Shown: positions 21,164 to 30,787, counted from the first letter of the stretch. The stretch is 64,000 bases of DNA from an uncultured Nitrososphaerota archaeon (GCA_964408285.1 CAYOYV010000003.1:29848-93847); one strand, 5' to 3'. Made by a program: numbers and translations. Notes: generated by a model not told the origin, from the sequence alone.

Positions 21164-21432
21164 CCCAAATCGTCGTAGCTACTGAGAAGTACGCATTTAA
21201 CCACATGTCAGCCATTATGGCAGCCAAACTTCTGTCGATGAAAACCGGAATACCGATGGTGGTAAGAAACTCAGACTACCTTCTGAGGTTGGGTCTCAAG
21301 CCGTATGTGCCCGCTTTTTTGGTGGAAAGCGATGCGGGTTCTGCCATCATGCTCAAATCAGGCTGCAGCTCTCGTCATTGGGAAGTTATGAGACAGCTTG
21401 AGAACGCGCTTCGGGACCTCAGAATCACTTAG
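21160..21432 (+). CDS. Small hypothetical protein (90 aa)
   Basis: ATG at 21160 overlaps the upstream TGA (ATGA coupling); no family recognised. Confidence 0.5.
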   Translation: MTQIVVATEKYAFNHMSAIMAAKLLSMKTGIPMVVRNSDYLLRLGLKPYVPAFLVESDAGSAIMLKSGCSSRHWEVMRQLENALRDLRIT

Positions 21433-21904
21433 GCAGAAGCACAACTGCAGAGAGGGCGGCCCCGTGCCTTCTACGTATATCTAGGGTCGATATCTCAAAG
21501 GAGGTTTCTTCGATCTTCATCCCTCTCGCATCCGCCATCTCCAGAAGGGAGGACCGTAGTCTTTCCCTTATCTGATCCGCAGTCCCTCTTCCTTCAGTCT
21601 CGACTATCATGTTATGCGAACCTTTTCTAGTTTTTGCTATGCCGATGCCGGCTGAGATCTTTTCCCCCGATTGTCCGATCGCCTTCGAGAGCACTACGAA
21701 CGTGATCGCACCTGGTTTCACTTCTTGAAACGATGTTCTTTTGGCCTTTTTCGGTAGGATGGAGGAAACACTTACTAGGTTACATTGTGCGATTCCTGCG
21801 TTCATCAGAGCCCTGTCAAATGCATTTAGTTGGGAGGTATCGCTCTCTCCCACTCCTTTGGTCACGAAATATTTCTTTGGTACTTCGTTCATCGAATTTC
21901 TCAC
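21425..21904 (-). CDS. pdaD: Pyruvoyl-dependent arginine decarboxylase
   Basis: VPKKYF, LNAFDRALMNAGIAQCNLVSVSSILP with the Ser-Ser self-cleavage site. Confidence 0.93.
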   Translation of the reverse strand: MRNSMNEVPKKYFVTKGVGESDTSQLNAFDRALMNAGIAQCNLVSVSSILPKKAKRTSFQEVKPGAITFVVLSKAIGQSGEKISAGIGIAKTRKGSHNMIVETEGRGTADQIRERLRSSLLEMADARGMKIEETSFEISTLDIRRRHGAALSAVVLLPK

Positions 21905-21931
21905 CGAACTCCGCGCATATTCCTGTAATTA

Positions 21932-22273
21932 CTATTGTGTGCTCTGCTTTAATGTTTTTCTTATATCACTAATGAGACTTTCGACTTTTTCAGCCAAATC
22001 ATCTAGCTCTATGTCTTGCACTCGGCTCATTGCATTGTGTTTTCGAACAAGCTCATCGGTTTCTGCTATGACCAAGTCCATGTGCCCAAGGAATTTGACA
22101 ATCTGATCCTGGACATCCATGCGCAGCCCTGAATCTTGTGGGAGATGCCTCTGTGTCGAGTTGATAGGCAAAGCTCTTGCCTTTGGGGTAATTTGATCAA
22201 GGCCATACGAACCTCCTCTTCTCAGGAGCTCGAGGGCTTCCTCACACAGCCTTAGAGCCTCATCATATGCCAT
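21932..22273 (-). CDS. Hypothetical helical protein
   Basis: Overlaps the endonuclease IV stop in a co-oriented operon; amphipathic helices; no family recognised. Confidence 0.6.
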   Translation of the reverse strand: MAYDEALRLCEEALELLRRGGSYGLDQITPKARALPINSTQRHLPQDSGLRMDVQDQIVKFLGHMDLVIAETDELVRKHNAMSRVQDIELDDLAEKVESLISDIRKTLKQSTQ

Positions 22274-23147
22274 GGGACATTCGGCTTCCTGTTGGCATGC
22301 TAGCTATCTTGCGCTCTAATATCCTTTTCATCTCAATGGAGTCGAGTTCAAGTAGCGGAGATTCGCTGATGATGACGAATCTATATCCATTCTCCGCTAT
22401 CACCCCTGCGAGCCAGTCAAAGCGAGGCCCGAAATCGCTGCCAAGCCTGTGGTGCCTTCTCTCACCTATCCCAGATTTGGTCGGCTCGACCTCTGAGAAG
22501 TGTATCGGAAGCCCGTTCATTCTGGCTGCCCCTAACTCATTCTCAATGAGCGACAATATTCTCTGATAATCCCTTGCGCTGGTTATCCTAGAATCAGGGC
22601 TTCTGACGTGCATGTGCCCGAAATCTATAGTCGGTCGGACTCCTGGAATTTCCTTTGCTATCCGAAGGACTTCCAAGAGGGATCCAAACTGGCTTTCCTT
22701 TCCTGTGGTTTCAGGTCCGATCTCGACTCGTATTCCTAATCTCTCCATACTTTTCTCTACATCTGATATGGCCTCCAGCTGCATTGCATAGACCTCGTCC
22801 ATGCTTCTGTTTCCGTAGTATCCAGGGTGAAAAGTAACATGAATCGCACCCATTCTCTGAGCAGCTATTGCGGATTTCAGGAGCCTCTTCTTGGATGCAG
22901 TTATCTTCTTCCGGTCTTCCGAGGAGAAATTGATTGCATAGGGGGCATGGAGACTAAGAACAATCCCATTCTCCAATGCTGCAGCTCCAAGTCTGCGGGC
23001 AGATTTCGCGCCAATGCCAACCTTCCGGACCGCTTGATATTCCATTGCCTGCAAACCCAAAGAGGCGAGATAGCTCATGGAATCAGGCCCAGAAGGTCCT
23101 CTCAAGGGAAATCCAGCCGGACCGAATATCGTCACATCCAATGGCAT
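22263..23147 (-). CDS. nfo: Endonuclease IV-like AP endonuclease (TIM barrel)
   Basis: SLHAPYAIN, FHPGYYG, GPETTGKESQFG, TIDFGH, HFSEVE, ERRH, IISESP. Confidence 0.85.
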   Translation of the reverse strand: MPLDVTIFGPAGFPLRGPSGPDSMSYLASLGLQAMEYQAVRKVGIGAKSARRLGAAALENGIVLSLHAPYAINFSSEDRKKITASKKRLLKSAIAAQRMGAIHVTFHPGYYGNRSMDEVYAMQLEAISDVEKSMERLGIRVEIGPETTGKESQFGSLLEVLRIAKEIPGVRPTIDFGHMHVRSPDSRITSARDYQRILSLIENELGAARMNGLPIHFSEVEPTKSGIGERRHHRLGSDFGPRFDWLAGVIAENGYRFVIISESPLLELDSIEMKRILERKIASMPTGSRMSHGI

Positions 23148-23171
23148 AGAATCCGAAGTTGCTCCCGTGAT

Positions 23172-24788
23172 TTAATGATTAGCTTTCCTTTCCTTCACTT
23201 GCCCGAGCTTTCGGAAAACGACATCCTTATCCAGGGTAGCCAAGAAATTTCCGAGTCTTGGGCCAGATTCACTTCCCAGGAATAACCTATATCCGACTTT
23301 GAAGAACTCGCTTGGCGCGATCCCGTACTCCTTTGCGACTTTATATAGAAGGGCCTGCAAACGTTCACCTTCCGGTTCTTCCCTGCTGTACTCGTCGCGT
23401 AGCTTGGCGAAAGCCTTGACGACCTGTGGGCTTTCTTCAAGGATCTCTCCGTCTTCGATGGGCTTTGTCCTCCTCTCTGGAAACATTCTCACCCAATTGG
23501 AAGCCAGCACTAGTCTCTTGATTGCAGAGGCCTTTTCCTGATCGGTTAGGCTGGGTGAAACAAGGCCGCCCATAACGAGTCTCTCTAGAGCGACACGCGG
23601 TTGATAGAATTGGACCATGGAAGCAGCCAGTTGGTAAGGTATCCTGATTGGAGGTTTCTCAGCCTCCAGATTCCCGCAGTATGAGTAATATATCTTCGCT
23701 TCATCTGCCCTTTCCCCCTTTTCTTCGAAGGCCAGCCGCTCGATTTCATCGAATTCGAGGACAAGCCTATCTACATTCTTTACCGCTATGTCGCGCTGAA
23801 CAAGTGGTTTCTTGACGTACATGTATCGAACCACTTCTGGCTCAACGAGCTTCAACATATCCGAGATTGTGTAGACGTTGCCCAACCTGCTCGCCATCTT
23901 TTCCCCATCCACCAAGAAGAATTCGTATACCAATGGAACGGGAGGCTCGAAGCCATAGATCTCTTTCGCCAGCACGCGCCCAGATTTCCAAGAGCCCTCA
24001 TAATGATCCTTCCCAAATGGCTCAGCATCGGTGAGAAAGATCTTCCAATCAGCAACCCATTCGAACCTCCATGGCAATTTCGCATTTCTCATATCCCCAT
24101 GTGCCCTGTAACCACATCCCTTCACCTCATACTTTCCATGCAGGGTTCTGGTTACGCATTCATATTCAACCTGTCTGGATTCAAGATCGATGGATAATAC
24201 CTTAGCATTCAACTTGCCGCAATTCGCGCACACAGGAGTGAGCGGGACCCAATCAGCTGGAATGCGCGTCTGAAACTTCCTCAAGACTTCCCTAATCTGC
24301 TTGACCTTTGACATGGTCTCAAACATGAAGTCATAGTATAGGCCCTCTCGGTACATCCTGCTAACATGGAATAGCTCCGGACGCACCTCCAATGCATAGA
24401 GGTCCGCCATCATGAGCGAAGTGAAGTGCTCTGAGTATGAGATGTGGCAATCGAATGGGTCATGAACGGATGAAACTGGCTTTCCCAATTCAGATCTCAG
24501 GCTTCTCTTTGCTTCTTCTCCCAATTCCTGCCAATCGCCTGCACAGTTGGGTATCCTCGCAGGTATTGATCTGAGTGGGTCCATGTCATCGGTCGTCAGA
24601 ACGAATCTGCTCTTTCTATTCAGCGCATCAATGCTCATTCTTATGAAGTGAGCTCTGACTTGGTCATTCATGTTTCCTATGTGTTTTGGACCGGATGGAG
24701 AAGCTCCGGCCCTCACGGTCACCAACGCATGACTGGTCTTCTCTGCCTGGGCAATAGCTTCTCTTGCAACCTTTTTGGCCCAGAACAT
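23172..24788 (-). CDS. lysS: Class I lysyl-tRNA synthetase
   Basis: GASPSGPKHIGN, DDMDPLR, KLPWRFEW, EPFGKDH, KMASRLGN; true start MFWAKK at 24788 because the longer ORF overlaps the tRNA. Confidence 0.96.
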   Translation of the reverse strand: MFWAKKVAREAIAQAEKTSHALVTVRAGASPSGPKHIGNMNDQVRAHFIRMSIDALNRKSRFVLTTDDMDPLRSIPARIPNCAGDWQELGEEAKRSLRSELGKPVSSVHDPFDCHISYSEHFTSLMMADLYALEVRPELFHVSRMYREGLYYDFMFETMSKVKQIREVLRKFQTRIPADWVPLTPVCANCGKLNAKVLSIDLESRQVEYECVTRTLHGKYEVKGCGYRAHGDMRNAKLPWRFEWVADWKIFLTDAEPFGKDHYEGSWKSGRVLAKEIYGFEPPVPLVYEFFLVDGEKMASRLGNVYTISDMLKLVEPEVVRYMYVKKPLVQRDIAVKNVDRLVLEFDEIERLAFEEKGERADEAKIYYSYCGNLEAEKPPIRIPYQLAASMVQFYQPRVALERLVMGGLVSPSLTDQEKASAIKRLVLASNWVRMFPERRTKPIEDGEILEESPQVVKAFAKLRDEYSREEPEGERLQALLYKVAKEYGIAPSEFFKVGYRLFLGSESGPRLGNFLATLDKDVVFRKLGQVKERKANH

Positions 24789-24828
24789 CTCCTGTTTGCT
24801 TGGCAAACTGGTTGGTCGGGTCAGTCCG

Positions 24829-24839
24829 AATATTTTAAT
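24829..24839. promoter_or_regulatory. AT-rich TATA element between the divergent lysS and tRNA-Arg genes
   Basis: AATATTTTAAT is the only AT-rich tract in the 73-bp gap, about 25 nt upstream of the tRNA. Confidence 0.5.
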
Positions 24840-24861
24840 CTGTGGCAAATCCACGATCTGT

Positions 24862-24950
24862 GGGCCCGTGGCCAAGTCCGGATCAAGGCATCGGCCTTCG
24901 GTCCTTTGGAAGAAAGCCGATGATCGGGGGTTCAAATCCCTTCGGGCCCG
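24862..24950 (+). tRNA. tRNA-Arg(TCG) with a 13-nt canonical-position intron (24902-24914), no encoded CCA
   Basis: Acceptor GGGCCCG/CGGGCCC; D-arm GCC...GGC; anticodon stem TCGGC/GCCGA; T-loop TTCAAAT; BHB helix CTTC/GAAG with two 3-nt bulges. Confidence 0.95.
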
Positions 24951-25197
24951 TGTTCTGTCACCAAATGGAAATGTACCGCGATTTCCGTGAATCCTTCATG
25001 AAGCATTTGGAGCCTCATCGGAATTAGAGGTTCTGATTCTGGACGTTCAGATTCATGGATGGCTCCCGTTGGAAGCCTGCATTCGATTCTATCTGCGTTC
25101 TAGAAAACCCTGAACCATTGGGGACGAAAGAAAGAAGGCGCGGCCCTTCGAATCGTCCTTGATGGCATGAGCTTCATTGATTCCCCTAGGAGAGAAC

Positions 25198-26271
25198 CTA
25201 CATTCTCCTGGGCTTCCTGTCTGCTGGGCTTGGAAGCTCTGCAAATCGCTTGTGAGGCTCGTTCTGATACCAGTATGCGACGCTTGAGTAGTCATTACCT
25301 TGGTCATTCGCATGGCCGTGCTCTATGGTGACTCTGATAGATTTCGTGAATCTGGCTGGATCTTCGAGATGGAACCTGTACACACTCCATTTGCCTGACC
25401 ATTCCTTAGTGTCGCCTGCCAAGGATACACCGTGATAAGGTCCAGAGTATTCCCCGCATGGAAATCCCCATGCAGCAAGGAAATAGTCCTCGGTGCCTGT
25501 TCCATGTATGCTGGGGGGCCATCTCTCACCATCGATGAATATCATGTCGTCGCCTTCTCCGAACCAAGTATAGTTTTGATGGAAGGCATTGAAATTATCA
25601 ACATTTAGGACACATCCGACATAGTGGCCGGTTCCTTCAGCATCAAGTATGAGGTAGTTCTCTTCTCCGGTTGTGTTCAGCTCCTCTCCCTCGTATTTGG
25701 CTGCGGCACAAGGATTCTCTCTATTCCACCAAGCATGGAAAAAGCCGTAGTCCGCAGGTAGGGAATCAGTCTCCTCGTAGTCGACATGATAGTAGAAACT
25801 TCTGATTTCAATGTCACTCTGGTTCTCTATCTCGATTCTAGCTCCTCTACTGAAAGGCATCGGGAAGTAGCAATTCATGGCAGCGTTCGCCCCCGTTCCC
25901 GGCCCTCTTATCATACTAAGTGGCAGAGATACATAGTGATTGGTCACACCATGCCCTACTCCAAAGAAGTCTCCCAAGGGAGTTTCAACGCTTGGATTGG
26001 CTTCTTCGTCCCAGTACATTCTCAAGACTGTATCCCTGAGATAGTGCTTGTTGCTTGAGCTTACAGTGAACCAGATGTGTCTAACGATCCCTGGGCCCTT
26101 GATATTCGCGATGTTGACCTTCCCAAAGGGCTTGATCGCAATGCAGTCCCTGTTGCCGCCCGTCCTGTCGTAGGACGATATCCTCTTGGATTTTCGATTG
26201 CTTATTTTCGGAAGATTCGAAAGTGGCCCGCTGACCGAATCAAAGTCTGACATACAGTGAAGTGCGGCCAT
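25198..26271 (-). CDS. Glycoside hydrolase family 172 (DUF2961)
   Basis: SSYDRTGGN, GPGIVRHIWFT, LRMYWD, PLGDFFG, NCYFPMPF, GEGDDMI, GTGTEDYF. Confidence 0.9.
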   Translation of the reverse strand: MAALHCMSDFDSVSGPLSNLPKISNRKSKRISSYDRTGGNRDCIAIKPFGKVNIANIKGPGIVRHIWFTVSSSNKHYLRDTVLRMYWDEEANPSVETPLGDFFGVGHGVTNHYVSLPLSMIRGPGTGANAAMNCYFPMPFSRGARIEIENQSDIEIRSFYYHVDYEETDSLPADYGFFHAWWNRENPCAAAKYEGEELNTTGEENYLILDAEGTGHYVGCVLNVDNFNAFHQNYTWFGEGDDMIFIDGERWPPSIHGTGTEDYFLAAWGFPCGEYSGPYHGVSLAGDTKEWSGKWSVYRFHLEDPARFTKSIRVTIEHGHANDQGNDYSSVAYWYQNEPHKRFAELPSPADRKPRRM

Positions 26272-26364
26272 ATTTCTTTTAAGTCTTTAATCGATTCTGA
26301 ACGAATGCCCAAGATCATAAATCCAGAGAGGCGGGAGGAACGTGGACAGCACAACAAGCAATCC

Positions 26365-27291
26365 TTATTTGCCCTGTGCTCTTCCGGAGTTCTCCTGAGT
26401 AGTTGTTCTCAGTATTAGCCAACATCCGGACAGCGCCACCAACGAGAAGAACAGCTTCATTGGGGGCATCGGTTCTCCGAAAATGGCAAGAGAAAGGATT
26501 CCCGTGAAAACGGGAACCAGAAGTTGGAGATTCGTCGAGAGAGAAGCACCCAGCCGTTGAATGGCATAGTTGTTCAAGAGGTTGCCAATACCAACGGAAA
26601 GAATTCCGGAGACTATGAGATAGAAAATGACCATCCAACTCACGTCAGTTATCTGGTAGATGCCATTAGAGATCACGGACAATGGGAGGTACATGAGGCC
26701 AGAGATGACAAAGACATTTGTTGTTGCGGAAAGAGGGTCAACTTTCTCCAGTAGGATCTTCGTTGACACAATATACCCTGCCCAGAGAACCGAGGTGACG
26801 ATCAAGCTGAATCCGCCCAGCAGAAGCATGTTGCCAGAGCCACCAACAGGGAAAAGGCTCGATGAACTCAGAATGACTCCGGAAGTACCGATCAGTGCTA
26901 TTGCGCTTCCGATCAGGAAGTTTCTGTCCCTAAGGACTGCCTTCTCGTCCGGAAAAATGAAAAAGGAGAAAATGTCCACGAAGATCACGCTCAATCTTGT
27001 GACTAGAGTGGCAATGGTTGGCGTGGTCAGAGCGATTCCGAATACGTTAAAGATCTGGAACAGGAATACGATAATCGTCGGGACCAAGAGCTTCCTAAGA
27101 CTCTTGAATGAGAAGAGGTACTTCTCTCTATTGAATATCAACGATATGATAAGGAGGACCAGACCAGCAGAGGTGAACCTAAAGAAGTTCTGCGTATAGT
27201 TATCGAGGAACAGATTGAGATATGCGATGAAGATATACCCCAAGGCCCAGAGTAGAATCGTCAGCAATTCGGCAAGTAAGGCTAGATTCAT
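26365..27291 (-). CDS. DMT/EamA-family transporter
   Basis: Ten TM helices in two EamA repeats; AIQRLGA...LLVPVF. Confidence 0.85.
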   Translation of the reverse strand: MNLALLAELLTILLWALGYIFIAYLNLFLDNYTQNFFRFTSAGLVLLIISLIFNREKYLFSFKSLRKLLVPTIIVFLFQIFNVFGIALTTPTIATLVTRLSVIFVDIFSFFIFPDEKAVLRDRNFLIGSAIALIGTSGVILSSSSLFPVGGSGNMLLLGGFSLIVTSVLWAGYIVSTKILLEKVDPLSATTNVFVISGLMYLPLSVISNGIYQITDVSWMVIFYLIVSGILSVGIGNLLNNYAIQRLGASLSTNLQLLVPVFTGILSLAIFGEPMPPMKLFFSLVALSGCWLILRTTTQENSGRAQGK

Positions 27292-27438
27292 TGAGGACGC
27301 CCGAGGCTAGCCCCTTATCAACTTTGGCCCTCACTGATGAGACCAGCACTAGTCACATAAGATATGTTGAACGCACTTCTCAGAACTATCGAAAAGCGCG
27401 TGATGGAATTGCCTGGACGCAGGTGATTTGGGAAGCCT

Positions 27439-28365
27439 CTATTGTGCGGTGGAAGTTGCTATAGAGACATTCGCCAATATCGTCTTCGCGATTTCCAAAG
27501 GCGTACGTCTCAATCCACAGTCTGGATGCACATATGAGATCAATTCCTGTCCGAAAGAGGTCTTGACTGCCTCAATTGTCAAGGCTATTTCATTGGCCTT
27601 GTCCGTGTCTCCGATTTCTGCGACATCGACCCGAGCACATCCTGCAGCAATATTCTTCCTCGACGACAGCAATTGCTGTCTAGTAATCACTTTGACATTT
27701 TCTGGCTGAGAAGCAAAGGCAAGACTGAGTGTATCGACATTTTCCAGAGACAGAAGGGCTCTGCTGAGATTCGGCGTAATCCTACCACATACATGAACAA
27801 TCGTCTTCGGTTGTTTCAATTCGCCCGTTATTACTTGGAGGTACTTGGTTGATGAAGCGGGTTCCATGAAGCCGGCGGAAAGACCCGGCTCATCTATCTG
27901 AGTAATGGCGCCAAGTTTCTGAACTCTCTGTACTATCGGAAGCAGCGCTGAAGATGTATCTTGGTATAATCTGGGATCTCTTATGCTGGAATAGGGACCT
28001 AGATTGCCCAATGCGCAAGTGAAACCGAGTGTAATGGGGCCGGTTAGTGCTACCTTTGCTGTTCCCTCGATTCCCCTTAGGTGAATGCATCGCTCCAAAT
28101 ATTTCAGGTCGACTATCTTCGAAAAGGCATCAATATCTTGAGGGGAGCGAACCCTGCCAGTGATGGAAGGTCTGCCTCTGAGAACTCCGAGGCCTTCAAT
28201 TCCTGAAAGGAAATAACCTATCATGTCATTTCTTGGCTCTCCATCCGTAAACACATCGAATCTAAGGTCACGCTGCAGATCACAGAAGAGTTCGATCGAT
28301 CTTTGGACGGATGTGTCTTCCATGACCGGAAAGCTTCCAACGGAAGTCAAAAGGGGACGTGTCAT
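27439..28365 (-). CDS. Core-MetE-type (catalytic-domain-only) methionine synthase / methyltransferase
   Basis: TSVGSFP, TDGEPR, LTGPITL, QIDEPG, HVCG, HPDCGLR; start MTRPLL at 28365. Confidence 0.8.
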   Translation of the reverse strand: MTRPLLTSVGSFPVMEDTSVQRSIELFCDLQRDLRFDVFTDGEPRNDMIGYFLSGIEGLGVLRGRPSITGRVRSPQDIDAFSKIVDLKYLERCIHLRGIEGTAKVALTGPITLGFTCALGNLGPYSSIRDPRLYQDTSSALLPIVQRVQKLGAITQIDEPGLSAGFMEPASSTKYLQVITGELKQPKTIVHVCGRITPNLSRALLSLENVDTLSLAFASQPENVKVITRQQLLSSRKNIAAGCARVDVAEIGDTDKANEIALTIEAVKTSFGQELISYVHPDCGLRRTPLEIAKTILANVSIATSTAQ

Positions 28366-28453
28366 ATCCCTACTCACCGCGAACATAGTCCGATTTCCTG
28401 TGAAGGTTTTATGTCTTGCTTGAGAGTGGCTTGCCCTCCCACGATACGCTTCA

Positions 28454-29572
28454 CTATTTCGCAATCTTGTGTGTCGCGACCACTGCAAGAGTGCCCAGGC
28501 ATACAGTCGCACAGGCAATATATGGTCCCTGCAGCGCATATTGTGCTACCCATCCTCCCACGAAAGGGCCTAAGAGATAACCCAATCCAATGCTTCCTTC
28601 GAAGAAACCGGCATACCTCGTTCTATTTCTAGCTTGAACGCTTAGGGCCGTTCTTATAGATGCTGCATAAACCAAACCGGCGCCGAACCCGAGGAACATG
28701 CCGAAAGAGAGAACCATCTCAGGATTCCTGCTCAAGGAAACGGGCATTATTGCCAAGGCCATCAGCGCGGATCCGGCGATAGCAAGTGAGCCAAAACTTC
28801 TCCCCAGCTTCCTGAAAAGCAAGAAGATCAGGGTTCTTCCGGTCATTATGGAGGCGACGACAAGCCCTATGATGAAGTCGGGGATCCCTATCAACTTGGC
28901 ATATGGCGGATAGAGAGAGAACACAGTTCCTTGGCAGAAGGAATAGAGAAAGGCTGTGAGCCACACCGGTTTCAGAGCCAATGGGTCTGGTGGCTCTGCT
29001 TCATTCCCCATATCGTTTGTCTCATTTCGCTCTTCCCGACTGATAGATACAAATGCAAGGGCGGCGACACAGAGGCATAGCGACATCACCATCCCCGGGA
29101 GAAAGGCGTCTCGATATCCCCCAATTCCAAGAAACCAGCTTGAGCCCAATGCACCTGCAGCTGCACCAAGGCTCCACGCAACGCCGAAGTTGGAGACCAT
29201 CTCTGGACCTCCAAGTCCAGCGCTCTCAGCCAATAGGGCCTCGACTGCAGGCCATAGCAGGGCCATTCCAATACCATCAACAAGCCTCGCACCCATCAGA
29301 TGAAGGGGAGAAGAAGATGTGAAATAGAGCAAGCAAGCCAAGGAGTAGGTCAACGCACTGGCCGCTAGCAAGATTCTCTTGCCGAATCTTAGAGCAAGCT
29401 TTCCCGCAATGAATGATAAAGGAATGTATACGAGGAAGGTGGCACTTCCGATGAAGCCCAACTCGATTTGGGAAGCGCCCATGCTCAATCCCAATAGAGG
29501 AACAATGGGGGTGAACAATCCATTCAACAGGGACATCAGGAAACTTGCCGCATATGAGAAGCGGACATTCAT
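28454..29572 (-). CDS. MFS transporter
   Basis: Twelve TM helices; motif A-like AGKLALRFGKR; ARLVDGIG. Confidence 0.88.
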   Translation of the reverse strand: MNVRFSYAASFLMSLLNGLFTPIVPLLGLSMGASQIELGFIGSATFLVYIPLSFIAGKLALRFGKRILLAASALTYSLACLLYFTSSSPLHLMGARLVDGIGMALLWPAVEALLAESAGLGGPEMVSNFGVAWSLGAAAGALGSSWFLGIGGYRDAFLPGMVMSLCLCVAALAFVSISREERNETNDMGNEAEPPDPLALKPVWLTAFLYSFCQGTVFSLYPPYAKLIGIPDFIIGLVVASIMTGRTLIFLLFRKLGRSFGSLAIAGSALMALAIMPVSLSRNPEMVLSFGMFLGFGAGLVYAASIRTALSVQARNRTRYAGFFEGSIGLGYLLGPFVGGWVAQYALQGPYIACATVCLGTLAVVATHKIAK

Positions 29573-29709
29573 TTCCCTTCTTCCACTGTCCAATGCCCCC
29601 CTCCTTCTCCTTGAGCTATACAATGTCACAGAAAAAGGTTCCTAACCTTGTATCGAGACTCCACCAATGAAAGCCCCAATTGAAGTCTTATGGCAGCTGT
29701 CTGTTAGAT

Positions 29710-30279
29710 TCACGGTGCTGCATGCCCAAGGAGTGCGGAAATCTCCTTGCAGATAATCAAAGGCAATTCATGCCTGTTCTTGATGGTGATTTCTATTGTC
29801 TTTGAGTCGGGACGAGAGCGTACTTCCTCTATCAATGAGTTTCTTGCCCTGAAATGAATTGTGGCAAGGATTGGTTTTTCCACTCGAATCGCCTTTCTCA
29901 CGATGCTTCTGAATTCAGGACTCAGAAGCTCCATCGGACCGATCTCGTCAATACCTATCAAATCACAATACTCTATTGCTCGGTCTATAGCGCCTACTCC
30001 TATTGCCAGAAGATCCACAAGATTGACTCCATATTTCCCCAGTCGGGGTCCGTCGAGGTTCGCAACGGACGCAAGCTCACCAATCCTCCCGGTATTGATG
30101 TCCCTGATGCTGAAACCAATCCTGTCATTCCCTCTGACGAGCTCAGAGGTGACCATTCCCCCGACATCATATCCCAAGTTCTTCATCAAGTCAATCGTCT
30201 TCAAGAACGCCGTGGTTTTTCCGATTCTAGGGGGCCCAGTTAGAAGGAAGATCTTGGATCGGCCTTCTCTGTCGTTCAA
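29710..30279 (-). CDS. Nucleoside-triphosphatase (THEP1/NTPase_1 family)
   Basis: LTGPPRIGKTT, GGMVTSE, RIGF, GKYGV, IDEIGPMEL. Confidence 0.92.
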   Translation of the reverse strand: MNDREGRSKIFLLTGPPRIGKTTAFLKTIDLMKNLGYDVGGMVTSELVRGNDRIGFSIRDINTGRIGELASVANLDGPRLGKYGVNLVDLLAIGVGAIDRAIEYCDLIGIDEIGPMELLSPEFRSIVRKAIRVEKPILATIHFRARNSLIEEVRSRPDSKTIEITIKNRHELPLIICKEISALLGHAAP

Positions 30280-30402
30280 CTGATTGGTCGCCCCAGAGGA
30301 TCTTCCCCAAGAACTTAAGCACTTTGCGCCAGCTATTCAAGAATCATAAAGCGGAAATCGAAAAAGGAAATCCTTAAAATGGGTATTCGAAGAACGCTTT
30401 CA

Positions 30403-30738
30403 ATGGCAGCAACAATAGTTCTGGCGGCCTCGAAGTCAAGCAAGGCTTGCAGGGCATTTGCAAGGGAACTCGTGAACAGAGGACTGGTGGCAAGCGCAAC
30501 TTTGTTTCCCGCGCCAGTCTCAGTAATCAGAAGCACCGGGGAGGGGACGGAGAAAGTCGTGGAATATTTGACAATGTTAGTGACAGATGACAAGGTTGTT
30601 TCCAATGTGGTGGATTTTCTCAAGGCAGGTCCAGCATATCAGATAACGAAGGTAATAGCAGTCCCGATTTCCGGCGGAGCTTGGGACTATCTGAGCAAGG
30701 TCTCAGGAATGGCTTCTTCAAACAAGAATCTGAGATAG
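30403..30738 (+). CDS. Divergent CutA-like protein
   Basis: ARELVNRGLVA...AYQITKVIAVPISGGAWDYL aligns by eye with CutA; TATA CTTAAAA about 25 nt upstream supports the 30403 start. Confidence 0.6.
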   Translation: MAATIVLAASKSSKACRAFARELVNRGLVASATLFPAPVSVIRSTGEGTEKVVEYLTMLVTDDKVVSNVVDFLKAGPAYQITKVIAVPISGGAWDYLSKVSGMASSNKNLR

Positions 30739-30787
30739 CCCTGTGGTTGGGACCACGTTTATTTCCCGACCCTCAGTTGGTATGCAC

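Noticed and set aside
24789-24935. 49-aa N-terminal extension of LysRS in the ORF track
   Set aside because: It overlaps the antisense tRNA-Arg; homology and a GGAG site support the start at 24788.
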